From: a virus
Lineage: Duplodnaviria; Heunggongvirae; Uroviricota; Caudoviricetes
IMG/VR virus record: IMGVR_UViG_2654588006_000004
Strand: one strand, 5' to 3'
Length of the DNA: 48,692 nucleotides
Made by a program: the position numbers and the translations under genes. How positions within the stretch are numbered: position 1 is the stretch's first letter; every line of letters starts with the position of its first letter. The notes beneath the pieces were generated by a model. That model was not told where the DNA came from and made no database searches. It was given only the letters and a program-made list of their open reading frames with translations. Of the stretch, positions 11,393-20,523 are shown piece by piece.

Positions 11393-13879
11393 CTAAAAAA
11401 CATGATTTGACATCCCACGGGATTTATCTGCATAGTCACGTTCAAGTTGCAGACGCTGATTGTTATATTCACGTTCAATCCGCAGTAATTCCTGCTGGCG
11501 TTGCTGATTTTTATCGCCAACCCCATAACCAGCAATCTGAATATCATACCCCTGTTGACGATTATCAATCGAAGCCTGCAATGAATCACGCCATGCAGCT
11601 ATTTCGGCGGATTCCTTGATTAGCCTGTTATTTTTTTCAATCGCAACATTTTTCTCCATCAACGCGGTTATTTCTTCCCGGTGTAAGAGAAGCGATTTCT
11701 GATCCTTGGTTAATTTCGATGACGGTCGTGACTCCAGGTCGGCAATCTGCTGACGCCACTTAACCAGTTCCTGTTCAGAGGAACTTAATTTAACGGTTAA
11801 TTCAGTTTGTGAACTTAGTAACGCATTCTGTTGATTCAGATGATCAATCATTCGTTGGGCAGCATCATCCGAATAACCTTTCGCCTTTGGTTGCTTTGGA
11901 TCTTTATAACGCTCATTTATTTGAGCGATAAGATTATTATATTCTTCCTTTGAATACTGACTCTTTAGTTTTTCCAGTTTTGCAAGTTCACTAGCTCTCT
12001 GCTGCTCCCGGGTCTGATATTGTTTTGAAAAGGCATCTGCTCTCTGTCTGAGTTCAATTCCTTCCTGTTGTCGCTTGTTGTAATCGTTTATTGATGAATT
12101 TAGTACGTCCTGAGCAATTTTTTCTGCTTGAAGTACGCCCAATTGCTGCTTTAATCGTGCCAGCCTTTTATTTTGAGCTCCGCCATCTCCAATGCCACCT
12201 AACCCGAAAACTCCGGGTCGGGTATTTTTTTCTATTTCATCAATTTGACGGAGAACATCTGAGATTTTTTGATCAAGGGAGGCCTCACGGCCAATATCCA
12301 GCATGGAATCCCATGCCCATTTTGCGGAGTCTGCGACAGCTTTCCATGCAGTCTCAAGATAACCAAGATTTTCTTTAATCTGGTTGGTGCGCTGGATCAT
12401 TGAGGATGAGTATGCTTCTGTCGCAATGCGGGCGGCCTCCTGCTGGTTCCCTTCATCCTGTAGCGCCTTAATCTGGTTATAAGTCGCAATTGTCAGAAAA
12501 TGGTACTGATCATTAAGTTTTGATATGGCACTGACAGGATCCTTTGCAATTTCATTGAAGTCATTAACCAGTTGTTCGGTTGATATTCCTGTTACTTCGC
12601 TCGTTTTTACTATCGCTGTCGTCACTTGCTCCAGCGAACTGCTCGCTACCTTTCCCGAACGCACAAGCTGGTTTAATACTGCCGCCGCAGCGCCAGTTGT
12701 CGAATCAGCCGCATTCCCGGCACGTTGAGCTATATCGGCCAATTGCCCGCTGGTTGTCCCCAACTGATTTCCGGTAAGAATAAGAGATTTATTAAATTCG
12801 TCCTGCTCCTGAGAGCCTTTATAGTAAGCCAGCCCTAAGACGCCAACGGCTGCTGCGGCCAGGGTAAAAGGATTAATTAATCCCAGCACATAAGAACCAA
12901 CACCTTTGATCGCCGGGCCAATCCCACCGAACATATCTTTTAGCTGGCCGCCCTGCTGCATTAACACCATAAAAGGCGACTGACCAGTGGACAACCCAAC
13001 AACAATATCCGTCATTTGTGCAGGCAACATGCGCATAGCAAAAGCCGTTTGTTTTGCCGACATTCCGGTTTTGCTTAATTGAGATTGAGTAACCTCAAGC
13101 TCACTCCGCATAGCACGAAGTTTTCCAGAAAGTTCCTCATACATTTCAGGAGAGAGCATCCCCTTAGCTTTTGCTTCATTGAGCTGTTTCTGTTGTTCTA
13201 CCAGACGATTAAAAGCAGTTCCGACAGGGTCAAGTTGAGCAATCAGACGTTGCAAAGCAGCAACCTGTTCATCATGCGCTTTTGCTGCTTCTCGCTCTGC
13301 CTGAGCCTCTCCGGTAAGCTCTCGCCGTGTTTCCTGTATTTTTCGGCTATAATTCTCAAACTGAGAACCATTTATTTTCCCGGATGCAAACGCAGCATTA
13401 AGTTCATCCTGCTGTTGTTCAAGATTTCTTAGCGCCGCAACCAGAGGGTCGATCTTGTCCAGCATTCTTTGAAAGGCCTGAGCCTGCGATTCCTGCTGGG
13501 CGGCAGCAAGTTTTCCGGCCTTCTCGGCTTCTCTCTGCGCTTGCGCAACCCCGCTCAATTCCTCTGTGGTTTCATTAAGTTTACGGACAAGAAATTCATA
13601 TTCTTCTTTATCAATAAGCCCTTTATCGAAAAATTTCTTTAATTCAGAATAGCGTCGACCGACAGTATCAATTGCGGCACCAACTGGATCAATAGCTGCT
13701 TTTAATTTTGCGAGCGCGTTCTTCTCATCTTCTGTTGCCTTAGTCACTTTCCCTGCGCTATTTGCAGCAGTTTCCCCGGCCTGCGTCATTTTGACTAATG
13801 AGGAGGTCAGATTGTCAGCATTATTTTTTGCTCCAGTGCTATCAATAATTATTGCGAGACGCGAGGTTTGCTCTGCCAT
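11393..13879 (-). CDS. Tail tape measure protein, N-terminal 828-aa portion ending at an in-frame amber codon
   Basis: Long coiled-coil-rich ORF between G/T and M; ends ...SNHVF then TAG at 11393-11395. Confidence 0.75.
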   Translation of the reverse strand: MAEQTSRLAIIIDSTGAKNNADNLTSSLVKMTQAGETAANSAGKVTKATEDEKNALAKLKAAIDPVGAAIDTVGRRYSELKKFFDKGLIDKEEYEFLVRKLNETTEELSGVAQAQREAEKAGKLAAAQQESQAQAFQRMLDKIDPLVAALRNLEQQQDELNAAFASGKINGSQFENYSRKIQETRRELTGEAQAEREAAKAHDEQVAALQRLIAQLDPVGTAFNRLVEQQKQLNEAKAKGMLSPEMYEELSGKLRAMRSELEVTQSQLSKTGMSAKQTAFAMRMLPAQMTDIVVGLSTGQSPFMVLMQQGGQLKDMFGGIGPAIKGVGSYVLGLINPFTLAAAAVGVLGLAYYKGSQEQDEFNKSLILTGNQLGTTSGQLADIAQRAGNAADSTTGAAAAVLNQLVRSGKVASSSLEQVTTAIVKTSEVTGISTEQLVNDFNEIAKDPVSAISKLNDQYHFLTIATYNQIKALQDEGNQQEAARIATEAYSSSMIQRTNQIKENLGYLETAWKAVADSAKWAWDSMLDIGREASLDQKISDVLRQIDEIEKNTRPGVFGLGGIGDGGAQNKRLARLKQQLGVLQAEKIAQDVLNSSINDYNKRQQEGIELRQRADAFSKQYQTREQQRASELAKLEKLKSQYSKEEYNNLIAQINERYKDPKQPKAKGYSDDAAQRMIDHLNQQNALLSSQTELTVKLSSSEQELVKWRQQIADLESRPSSKLTKDQKSLLLHREEITALMEKNVAIEKNNRLIKESAEIAAWRDSLQASIDNRQQGYDIQIAGYGVGDKNQQRQQELLRIEREYNNQRLQLERDYADKSRGMSNHVF

Positions 13880-13894
13880 TTATTAAAACTCCAG

Positions 13895-13920
13895 ACAACA
13901 AAAAGCCCACCGAAGTGGGT
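13895..13920 (-). terminator. Hairpin with UUCG loop plus U-tract on the minus-strand transcript, between T and tape measure genes
   Basis: Plus strand acaacaaaaaGCCCACcgaaGTGGGT; on the minus strand this gives CCCAC-UUCG-GUGGG followed by CUUUUUGUUG, immediately upstream of the tape measure RBS. Confidence 0.4.
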
Positions 13921-14042
13921 TTCAGGCGACATAATAGTAGATATAGCGATTACGAGGCCACGCAATGCTTTTCTCCAGGAGCATCATCGATTTAATTAAA
14001 GACACCATCACATCTCTGTAACAGAGTGTACGTAATTAACAA

Positions 14043-14363
14043 CTACACACACTGCTCCTGAAAATACTGGTCATCCAGTGCAAAGATCACTGCTTCAAAT
14101 TCATCGCGCTCAATCAATACCGGATGAGTGGCTAAATATTCATTTATCTCTGTCAGAGATAAAGGCAAAGGCACCCCAGCCATTCCAGCATAACGTCGGG
14201 CACGGGATATTACCGAATAGGCGTACAACAACTCCTTAAGCACCGGGTCTATTTCTGGTTCCGGTATCGGTGGCAACCTGAGTTTTTCTCGCTTCCATCT
14301 TGCCTTTTCCCCCCTTTCTCCCCCGAACTCCGATAACCACCGCTGGGCAGCTATGGCTTTTTT
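14043..14363 (-). CDS. Tail assembly chaperone T-frame extension (G-T fusion via -1 frameshift)
   Basis: The -1 frame relative to G is open from the slippery heptamer to the stop at 14043-14045 (104 codons); the track ORF 14043-14276 (TTG start) is its C-terminal part. Confidence 0.7.
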   Translation of the reverse strand, partial: KKAIAAQRWLSEFGGERGEKARWKREKLRLPPIPEPEIDPVLKELLYAYSVISRARRYAGMAGVPLPLSLTEINEYLATHPVLIERDEFEAVIFALDDQYFQEQCV

Positions 14364-14812
14364 ATCGTATCCTGCTTCTGCTGCTCTTTACCCTGGGCGA
14401 TGCTGGCTGCTTCTGCAAGGATCTGCCAGTACAACTCTGGATTCTGCTTGAGCAGCGCGATCCCTCGTTCTGCCGTATATTCCAGTGCAACCTCAACACC
14501 ATTAACCAGTTCACCAACCCCTTTCCAGTCTTTCAGCAGATAACGAGCGGCATTATCAATGAGTAAATCATCAACAGAATCCACCTCGGAAACCTTTGAA
14601 ATATCAAACTCCTTCGTTCCGACGTGCAAACTGGCATCCATTTTCTCAATGTGGCGACGGATTAATGCATTACGGGAGCGATACTGATCGTTATCGCTGC
14701 TTGCCACCAACAGTTTTAACCCGTCTACAGGTTTTAAGTCCTTCATTGGCGTAAACCAGCGTTCTCCACCAATGATAATTTTCTGATTAAGAATAAACAT
14801 CCATAACCTCAT
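14351..14812 (-). CDS. G: Tail assembly chaperone G
   Basis: 153-aa ORF directly upstream of the tape measure gene, with a 3' slippery site and overlapping -1 frame ORF (G/GT arrangement). Confidence 0.75.
   Translation of the reverse strand: MRLWMFILNQKIIIGGERWFTPMKDLKPVDGLKLLVASSDNDQYRSRNALIRRHIEKMDASLHVGTKEFDISKVSEVDSVDDLLIDNAARYLLKDWKGVGELVNGVEVALEYTAERGIALLKQNPELYWQILAEAASIAQGKEQQKQDTIKKP
14357..14363 (-). other. Programmed -1 frameshift slippery heptamer A_AAA_AAG
   Basis: mRNA reads GAT ACG ATA AAA AAG CCA TAG; the heptamer is identical to the E. coli dnaX slippery sequence and sits two codons before the G stop. Confidence 0.7.
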
Positions 14813-14860
14813 TCAATGCGTCCCCCTGTAGGGCAGTACCACAGGAGGAATAACGGAAAA

Positions 14861-15823
14861 TCAACTAATCGCCTCAGCACTGGCTTTTGCGATCACGGCA
14901 GCCGGGGAATTTTTTTTTCTGGTTATCGTAGGTGCTTCATCTGCTGCGGTAATGCTCAATTGAACCTGGATAATGTCGCTATTACCCCCATCAGGCCATT
15001 CACCTGACACCTGAACCTTCGGGAAACTGAAAGTGTATGCCCCCTCTCCATTCGAAAGCGTGAAGCTGAACGGAACTGTTTCTCCAGTCAGTGTTTTACT
15101 CCAGATTTCCCACGCGGCTTTAGACCATGAAAGCGTCACCGTACCGGACGGTGTAAAAGTAGTCGGAATATTTGCTCCTGCATAAGGCGAGCCAGTCCCG
15201 ATACAACGCTGTGTCTGGAGTTTGTTATCGAACTGAATATCAAAACTGTCGATACAAAAACCGTTACCTCCGGCAACACCATTCAGGCTTACTGCTGAAA
15301 CCTCCTTAAACGAATAACGTAGCTTTCCTGCACTATCCACAGGTTCGCCTTTGATAAAATTCGTATCATCGGCCTTTGATTCCCAGTCCAGTCCGGCAAA
15401 GGTTACGGTCGCTGTAATATCGCCGTCGTTAGGGATCTGCATTTTCCATGAGCCAACCTGCGCTCCTCTGACGACAGAGGCAATTCCGACATCGGACGCA
15501 TAGGTCGCCAGAGAAAATGTTATTCGCTCATTCCCCATTGTCAGAGAATCGCCTGACCATTCCGCGCCGAAACAGGATGCAAGAAAATCATCATGTTGAC
15601 CCCAGCGAAATTTGGTACCAACATCACCGCCGACATCCACAGTGCCAGGCGTCGCCCCCTGAGCCATCCGGGAGCCACCAATCTCATTATTTTCGCCTTT
15701 ATTCTGGGTGGGTTTTACTCCCCAGCTTGTGCGTTTTAATAAACTCCAGTCACCACTTGCTGGCGTAGTGCCTGCAACCGTCTCCCGGATAAATGCCGAG
15801 ATAACCTTTGCACCTGAACTCAC
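14861..15823 (-). CDS. Major tail (tube) protein, probably with C-terminal Ig-like domain
   Basis: 320-aa ORF immediately upstream of G; position and size consistent with a lambda V-like tube protein. Confidence 0.65.
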   Translation of the reverse strand: MSSGAKVISAFIRETVAGTTPASGDWSLLKRTSWGVKPTQNKGENNEIGGSRMAQGATPGTVDVGGDVGTKFRWGQHDDFLASCFGAEWSGDSLTMGNERITFSLATYASDVGIASVVRGAQVGSWKMQIPNDGDITATVTFAGLDWESKADDTNFIKGEPVDSAGKLRYSFKEVSAVSLNGVAGGNGFCIDSFDIQFDNKLQTQRCIGTGSPYAGANIPTTFTPSGTVTLSWSKAAWEIWSKTLTGETVPFSFTLSNGEGAYTFSFPKVQVSGEWPDGGNSDIIQVQLSITAADEAPTITRKKNSPAAVIAKASAEAIS

Positions 15824-15849
15824 AGGAGCCTCCTATGTCATTAATTGCG

Positions 15850-16299
15850 CTAGAGCGCGCGATATGGAATTTGAAGATTAAGCTGGAACCAGCCATTCTT
15901 TTCGCCGACGGCTATTGAGGAAACAGCCTGGTAACTGAGACGATCGTCATCCTGAAACTCAAACAGTTCCCGCAATTTATCGGCTGTCTCAGTAATGAGT
16001 TTTGAACCAGAACCTGCGGGGACAAATAACTGAATAATGATTATCCCCGTGCGATAAACAACCGGCCCCGCGCCAATTTCATTAACTCCAGCCTGCCCGG
16101 GAATATTACTATCAGATATACCAAAATCGGGATGCTGTAACGACACCAGGTTGTTATTTCTGAAACGTCCGGTATCAACCGGAGCAGCAATATCAATAGC
16201 AGTAAGAATCTGAATAGCGATGTAGCGAATCTTCAGCCCTACATCTTCCTCAATCATCCCGGCAAATATTGACGGTTCTATATCCCATGCCTTTGCCAT
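15850..16299 (-). CDS. Tail terminator / tail completion protein (U-like position)
   Basis: 149-aa ORF between head-tail joining genes and the tube gene; assignment by synteny only. Confidence 0.45.
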   Translation of the reverse strand: MAKAWDIEPSIFAGMIEEDVGLKIRYIAIQILTAIDIAAPVDTGRFRNNNLVSLQHPDFGISDSNIPGQAGVNEIGAGPVVYRTGIIIIQLFVPAGSGSKLITETADKLRELFEFQDDDRLSYQAVSSIAVGEKNGWFQLNLQIPYRAL

Positions 16300-16683
16300 T
16301 TACGCTCTCCTTAACTGGATAGAGTAAACTGATGCGGAAGGATCTACACTTGCTGTAATTACCTCGTATCGTTGTAACTGCCTTGATACAGGATCATAAA
16401 TCTCAATAATATGGTCGACAGCTGGTTTATCCGTAACCTCGCATACCAGAGCGGTTAATTTAAGGTCACCATGCAAAATATTAATCCCATCAATTCTGCC
16501 CAGCTTATAACGTGTCAACACGCCTCGCCCGGTATAGATTGCGGTGGATTCGCCGCCAGTTTCCGTCACAGGATCCCAGTGCCGGTGCGTAACGTAAGAA
16601 CCAGAAAAATCACTCACGGCGTCCGCTAAATCCTCATCAAAAGCAGCGGCAACCTCTGACTGAATCTCTTCACGAAGCCCCAT
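16300..16683 (-). CDS. Head-tail joining protein (Z/FII-like position)
   Basis: 127 aa; start overlaps the stop of the upstream gene; synteny only. Confidence 0.4.
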   Translation of the reverse strand: MGLREEIQSEVAAAFDEDLADAVSDFSGSYVTHRHWDPVTETGGESTAIYTGRGVLTRYKLGRIDGINILHGDLKLTALVCEVTDKPAVDHIIEIYDPVSRQLQRYEVITASVDPSASVYSIQLRRA

Positions 16684-17078
16684 TATCCCCCCCTCACAAC
16701 CCTGACTTGTGAGCGACTAAGTCCGTACGGTTTCAGCAGTGCTATCGCAAGCTGTAAATCGGGTTCAAGCAATGCAGTGCTGTTTGCTGGCAACTCAGAA
16801 AATGATTTCGATACACTGACCCCGTCAGCCGACACGGCTTTACTGATAACAACGCCAGAATCATTTTTCTGCTGAAACAACTTACCGAATGAGGCAATTC
16901 TGGCTGCATATGCTCCCGCAAGTTTTACCTCTTCCGGAATACGGGATGGGTTAATTTTCAGGTTGAAGCCATTAAGCCAGGCATTAGCCATTAAAACAGC
17001 TTTATTTTTAGCGTTCTCACTCGTCCAGGCGTTCCCAAACGCATTATCAACGTCATCACAGGTCACGTAAGTGATCAT
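16683..17078 (-). CDS. Head-tail connector / head completion protein
   Basis: 131 aa; downstream of the capsid gene; synteny only. Confidence 0.4.
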   Translation of the reverse strand: MITYVTCDDVDNAFGNAWTSENAKNKAVLMANAWLNGFNLKINPSRIPEEVKLAGAYAARIASFGKLFQQKNDSGVVISKAVSADGVSVSKSFSELPANSTALLEPDLQLAIALLKPYGLSRSQVRVVRGG

Positions 17079-17269
17079 GTGTTACTCCTGAGTTTTCCAG
17101 CCCATAGCCTTCCAGTTGTCAACTTCATCAGGATGAACATTAGCGATAGTTGGTGCGCCGGGAAACATCTGATAATCGGTCACCATAACCACTAACTCAA
17201 TTTGCGTTTTTTGTGCGGCTTCACGCTGTGCTCTTTGCTCTTTAGTTAATCCGGCCATATGCCCCCCAT

Positions 17270-17290
17270 TAAAAATGGGGCCGAAGCCCC
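17270..17290 (-). terminator. GGGGC-UUCG-GCCCC hairpin with U-tract, directly after the capsid gene
   Basis: Plus strand aaaaatGGGGCcgaaGCCCC at 17271-17290; the minus transcript has the hairpin followed by AUUUUUAAU. Confidence 0.5.
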
Positions 17291-17300
17291 GTTTGAATGT

Positions 17301-18440
17301 TTAACCAAGAATCAGACAACCATGTGCCGGCTTCACTGATGAAACACCCCATGCCAGTCCAACTTCATAGCGCACCTGGCGATACTGACGATACAGTGCA
17401 ATCTGGAACGTAATCCCTGAAATCGGGTCCGTAACATTCATTACATCATCAGCATTATCGCCACCTTCCGGCATTGCCGGAGTACGGGATGCCAGCAGAA
17501 ACGCGTTGCGATCAAACGCCATATTTGCAGTAAAGGCCCCAACAACTGTGATGGCAGTATCATCGGCCAGATCCTGACGCAGTCCGGGCGCTGCAAGAGT
17601 AATCAGATTGCTGGTCGCTGCTGCCACAACATACTGATTCGGATCACCAGCGAACGTAACAATCTGACCTGCAGAAATACTCCCCGAACCAGTATCAATG
17701 GAAATAAGAACATCGCCTTCTTTTTTCTCTCCATTCACGAGATAACCAGTTGCAGCAACCTTTGGCGCTCGTTTCACACCTGCCGAACTGTGAATATTGA
17801 ATCCCTCCAGACGCCCCAACACGCCCTCACGCAGTAGCTGTTCAGTGCCGGATTCATTCACTTTAAACAATACAGACTGTTTTCCGCGCAAATTAGCAAT
17901 GGCAGTGGAGCCAAGCACCATCTGCAGATCGGTTGTCGGTGCGCCGTTATCCTCCAGAACCTGACGAGCCAGAGCAGCATCAGAAAGATCATCTTTAACA
18001 CCAAACGGCGTTGTCCCTGCGGTTCCCACGGCGCGGGAAGCACCGAAATACAACGCACCAAGATCAGCCTCAACCTCGTTTGCAAGGGCGCGAAAAGCCT
18101 GCTTGAACTGATCAGCCAGAATGGTGTTGTAAGTCCCTGAAGGGCCAAGAGCCAGTTGTTCTTCACCATTCCATTTAACCGGTGCCATTTTGGATTTAGT
18201 AATTTTTACATCAACAGTGCCAATATTTTGATCACCGGTATTCGGAGCTGACGGCCCCGGTACGATATCTTCGGTTTTCGCCTCAGGCGCAACTGGCGCG
18301 GTTACCGTCTGATCTTTTGCTGCGGCGTCAGCTTTTGCGTTTTTTGCTACCGCAGGGATAAAACCTACCTGCTCACGGGATACAACATCCAGGGCGGTAT
18401 AAATAGTCGGGATCAACCCGGTCAGGGTATTTCCAGCCAT
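17301..18440 (-). CDS. Major capsid protein
   Basis: Track ORF is 410 aa (17301-18533); the internal start at 18440 (MAGNTLTGLIP...) has an AAGGA SD 11 nt upstream, giving 379 aa. Position after the scaffold-like gene and before head-tail genes; no family-level match verified. Confidence 0.55.
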   Translation of the reverse strand: MAGNTLTGLIPTIYTALDVVSREQVGFIPAVAKNAKADAAAKDQTVTAPVAPEAKTEDIVPGPSAPNTGDQNIGTVDVKITKSKMAPVKWNGEEQLALGPSGTYNTILADQFKQAFRALANEVEADLGALYFGASRAVGTAGTTPFGVKDDLSDAALARQVLEDNGAPTTDLQMVLGSTAIANLRGKQSVLFKVNESGTEQLLREGVLGRLEGFNIHSSAGVKRAPKVAATGYLVNGEKKEGDVLISIDTGSGSISAGQIVTFAGDPNQYVVAAATSNLITLAAPGLRQDLADDTAITVVGAFTANMAFDRNAFLLASRTPAMPEGGDNADDVMNVTDPISGITFQIALYRQYRQVRYEVGLAWGVSSVKPAHGCLILG

Positions 18441-18538
18441 AATTAAATATTCCTTAAAAATTTGCGTAATTGTGAATAGATGGAGTAATGAGCTATCCAG
18501 CCCTGACACCAGCTCCCATCCGGAAGCTGACAAATGTG

Positions 18539-19303
18539 TTAATCAACGATTGTGATACCGTCTTTCAATGCGTTTTGCTTACCTGCAACATCCAGTGCAT
18601 CAAAAGCAGAGCGTTTCATCGTTTTCTGACCAATATCATGCTGTGTCGGACGGGAGCCGCCGCCATTGTTGCCACTGGCTTTCAGGATGTAGTCTTTCTG
18701 AGGGTAATTTTCGACAAGGAACTCCAGCGCCTCATCAAACTGCGCCAGTTCGCCAGGCTTCGCGCGGGAATAAATTTTGTTGCCGGAAGCGTCATAAGCA
18801 ACGATCCTCCCTTCTTCCACTTTGAATGCCTGCCCGAAGCGGGCTTGTAATAAATCTGCCGGGATCGCAATTTTATCGGCAATATATTTTGAACCCGCAA
18901 AACTACCGCCAATCATAGAATCGTAAAGCTGCTTCTCCAGCATCTGAGAGCGTTGCTTTTCTTCATCTAATTGCTGCTGAAAATTTTTCGTAATTTCTGC
19001 CTTAACCTGGTCAACCTGTCCCGCATCGAGCAGCTTTTTCTGGTCGATTTTTGACAGCATTTCCAGTGCCTCGATCGCCTTCTTCGGGTCTTCGATAGCG
19101 GCAAACTTAGCCAGTTTTTCCTCTGCAGCTTCTTTAGCCAGGCGATGATTTTTTGCCTCGCCATTAAGCTCTGTAATTTTTTTTGTCGCCAGCGGTGCAT
19201 CGAAGCCAATTTCTTTACCATCGTCGTGCACATAAACTGGCAGGCCAGCAGTATCAATTTCTGCGTATTGTTTTCCGTTAATCTCGACCGTTTTCAGTTT
19301 CAT
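18539..19303 (-). CDS. Scaffolding protein (coiled-coil, acidic)
   Basis: Track ORF begins at 19375, but a terminator hairpin occupies 19369-19388; start at 19303 (MKLKTVEINGK...) is more likely. Charged, helical composition typical of scaffold proteins. Confidence 0.5.
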   Translation of the reverse strand: MKLKTVEINGKQYAEIDTAGLPVYVHDDGKEIGFDAPLATKKITELNGEAKNHRLAKEAAEEKLAKFAAIEDPKKAIEALEMLSKIDQKKLLDAGQVDQVKAEITKNFQQQLDEEKQRSQMLEKQLYDSMIGGSFAGSKYIADKIAIPADLLQARFGQAFKVEEGRIVAYDASGNKIYSRAKPGELAQFDEALEFLVENYPQKDYILKASGNNGGGSRPTQHDIGQKTMKRSAFDALDVAGKQNALKDGITIVD

Positions 19304-19360
19304 ATTAGTACCTGGTTTAAGTCTTCCGACAGTTACGCTGCTCACCATCCGGATCGCAGC

Positions 19361-19388
19361 AATAAAAAAGGCCACCCGAAGGTAGCCT
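19361..19388 (-). terminator. AGGCUACC-UUCG-GGUGGCCU hairpin plus U6 between Mu-F-like and scaffold genes
   Basis: Plus strand aataaaaaAGGCCACCcgaaGGTAGCCT; on the minus-strand RNA this is an 8-bp stem (one G-U), UUCG loop and UUUUUUAUU tract. Confidence 0.55.
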
Positions 19389-19407
19389 GTTGTAATAAAT
19401 GATTTAT

Positions 19408-20523
19408 TTAAATCCCTGCTTTTCTGAATACCTGTGCATCACGCTCACGGAGCTGCTTCAGCGTCAGCCATTCGCCTTTATCGGTGTAAAATTCATCTGG
19501 CGACATACCACCATCCCGAATCAGCTTTGCTCGGGTTTCCCCCACAATCTGTTTTTGTCTGGTGTAAGGCTGACGCAAAAACCATTCCCTGTAGGTTGTA
19601 TCTCCGGCCACCACGCCATCCATGCTGGCCCGCTCAGCCGGGGAAATATCGCGAACATCAATACCCAGTTCCTTCGCTGATTTCAGAATGAACGTTTCCG
19701 TTGAGCGGCAGCAGAAATGAATTTTTCCCGGCCCCTGCAAATAAGGCACGCTGTGACCTACAGGTTTATTATTCAGCGTATATTTGAGGCGATCCCTGAT
19801 TCGACATTGTGGCGTAGTACGATTATCAAGCGTTGATAACCATTGCTTACCCTTAATCAAATCATTATTCGCGCTGGCAAAACTCTCACGGGCAGTAGCA
19901 GCAAGATGTCCAACCGCTGTTTTTGCAATGCTGGCCGCATTAGCCCGGCTCATCTGCAATGCACCATCCTGAAATCCCTTACTGACATGTCCCCGAATTT
20001 TTCTTGCGATCTGCTCATTGGTATCCCCCAGCAAAAAACCCTGACGCACTGTATTTGTTATGCGTCTGAGCCGATCCGCCTCAAGATCTGAGGCCCACTC
20101 ACTGAGCAGTCGTCCCTGGAATGGTCGCGCCATTGCAGCGGCATAAAGTGCATCAGGAGAGATACCAACCAGAGGGTGAACATCAGCAACAAAATCAGGT
20201 AGCATAGAATCAAACAGACTTAACTGATAACCAGCCTCATAAATTGCCAGCTCGTTCAGCTCTCCGGAGAGACTGGTAAACATGCTGTTAATAGCAGTGC
20301 GGTTAACCTCTCTGACGCTCGCCAGAAGTGACTCCAGGCGCTTAACGGTAAAACTACCTGGATCGAGGCTGTCCAGTGCTATCAGCAGGCGAGCAGTAAG
20401 TTCCGCATCGCTGTCATTCAGTATTTTCACCATTCTGGCAGCCACGCCAGTGCTATAGCGGGATATCCAGACTGCATGAGCAATTGATTCATCACGCAGC
20501 CGTTCATTCACGGTTTGCATCAT
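19408..20523 (-). CDS. Head morphogenesis protein (Mu F / SPP1 gp7-like minor head protein)
   Basis: 371 aa immediately downstream of the portal gene, with 20-nt overlap; typical location and size for the Mu-F family. Confidence 0.6.
   Translation of the reverse strand: MMQTVNERLRDESIAHAVWISRYSTGVAARMVKILNDSDAELTARLLIALDSLDPGSFTVKRLESLLASVREVNRTAINSMFTSLSGELNELAIYEAGYQLSLFDSMLPDFVADVHPLVGISPDALYAAAMARPFQGRLLSEWASDLEADRLRRITNTVRQGFLLGDTNEQIARKIRGHVSKGFQDGALQMSRANAASIAKTAVGHLAATARESFASANNDLIKGKQWLSTLDNRTTPQCRIRDRLKYTLNNKPVGHSVPYLQGPGKIHFCCRSTETFILKSAKELGIDVRDISPAERASMDGVVAGDTTYREWFLRQPYTRQKQIVGETRAKLIRDGGMSPDEFYTDKGEWLTLKQLRERDAQVFRKAGI

Noticed and set aside
17098-17258. Possible 58-aa minus-strand small gene between capsid and head-tail connector genes
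   Set aside because: Below the track cutoff; the only upstream purine-rich stretch (GGGGGG) abuts the ATG, and the start overlaps the terminator hairpin region; left unannotated.
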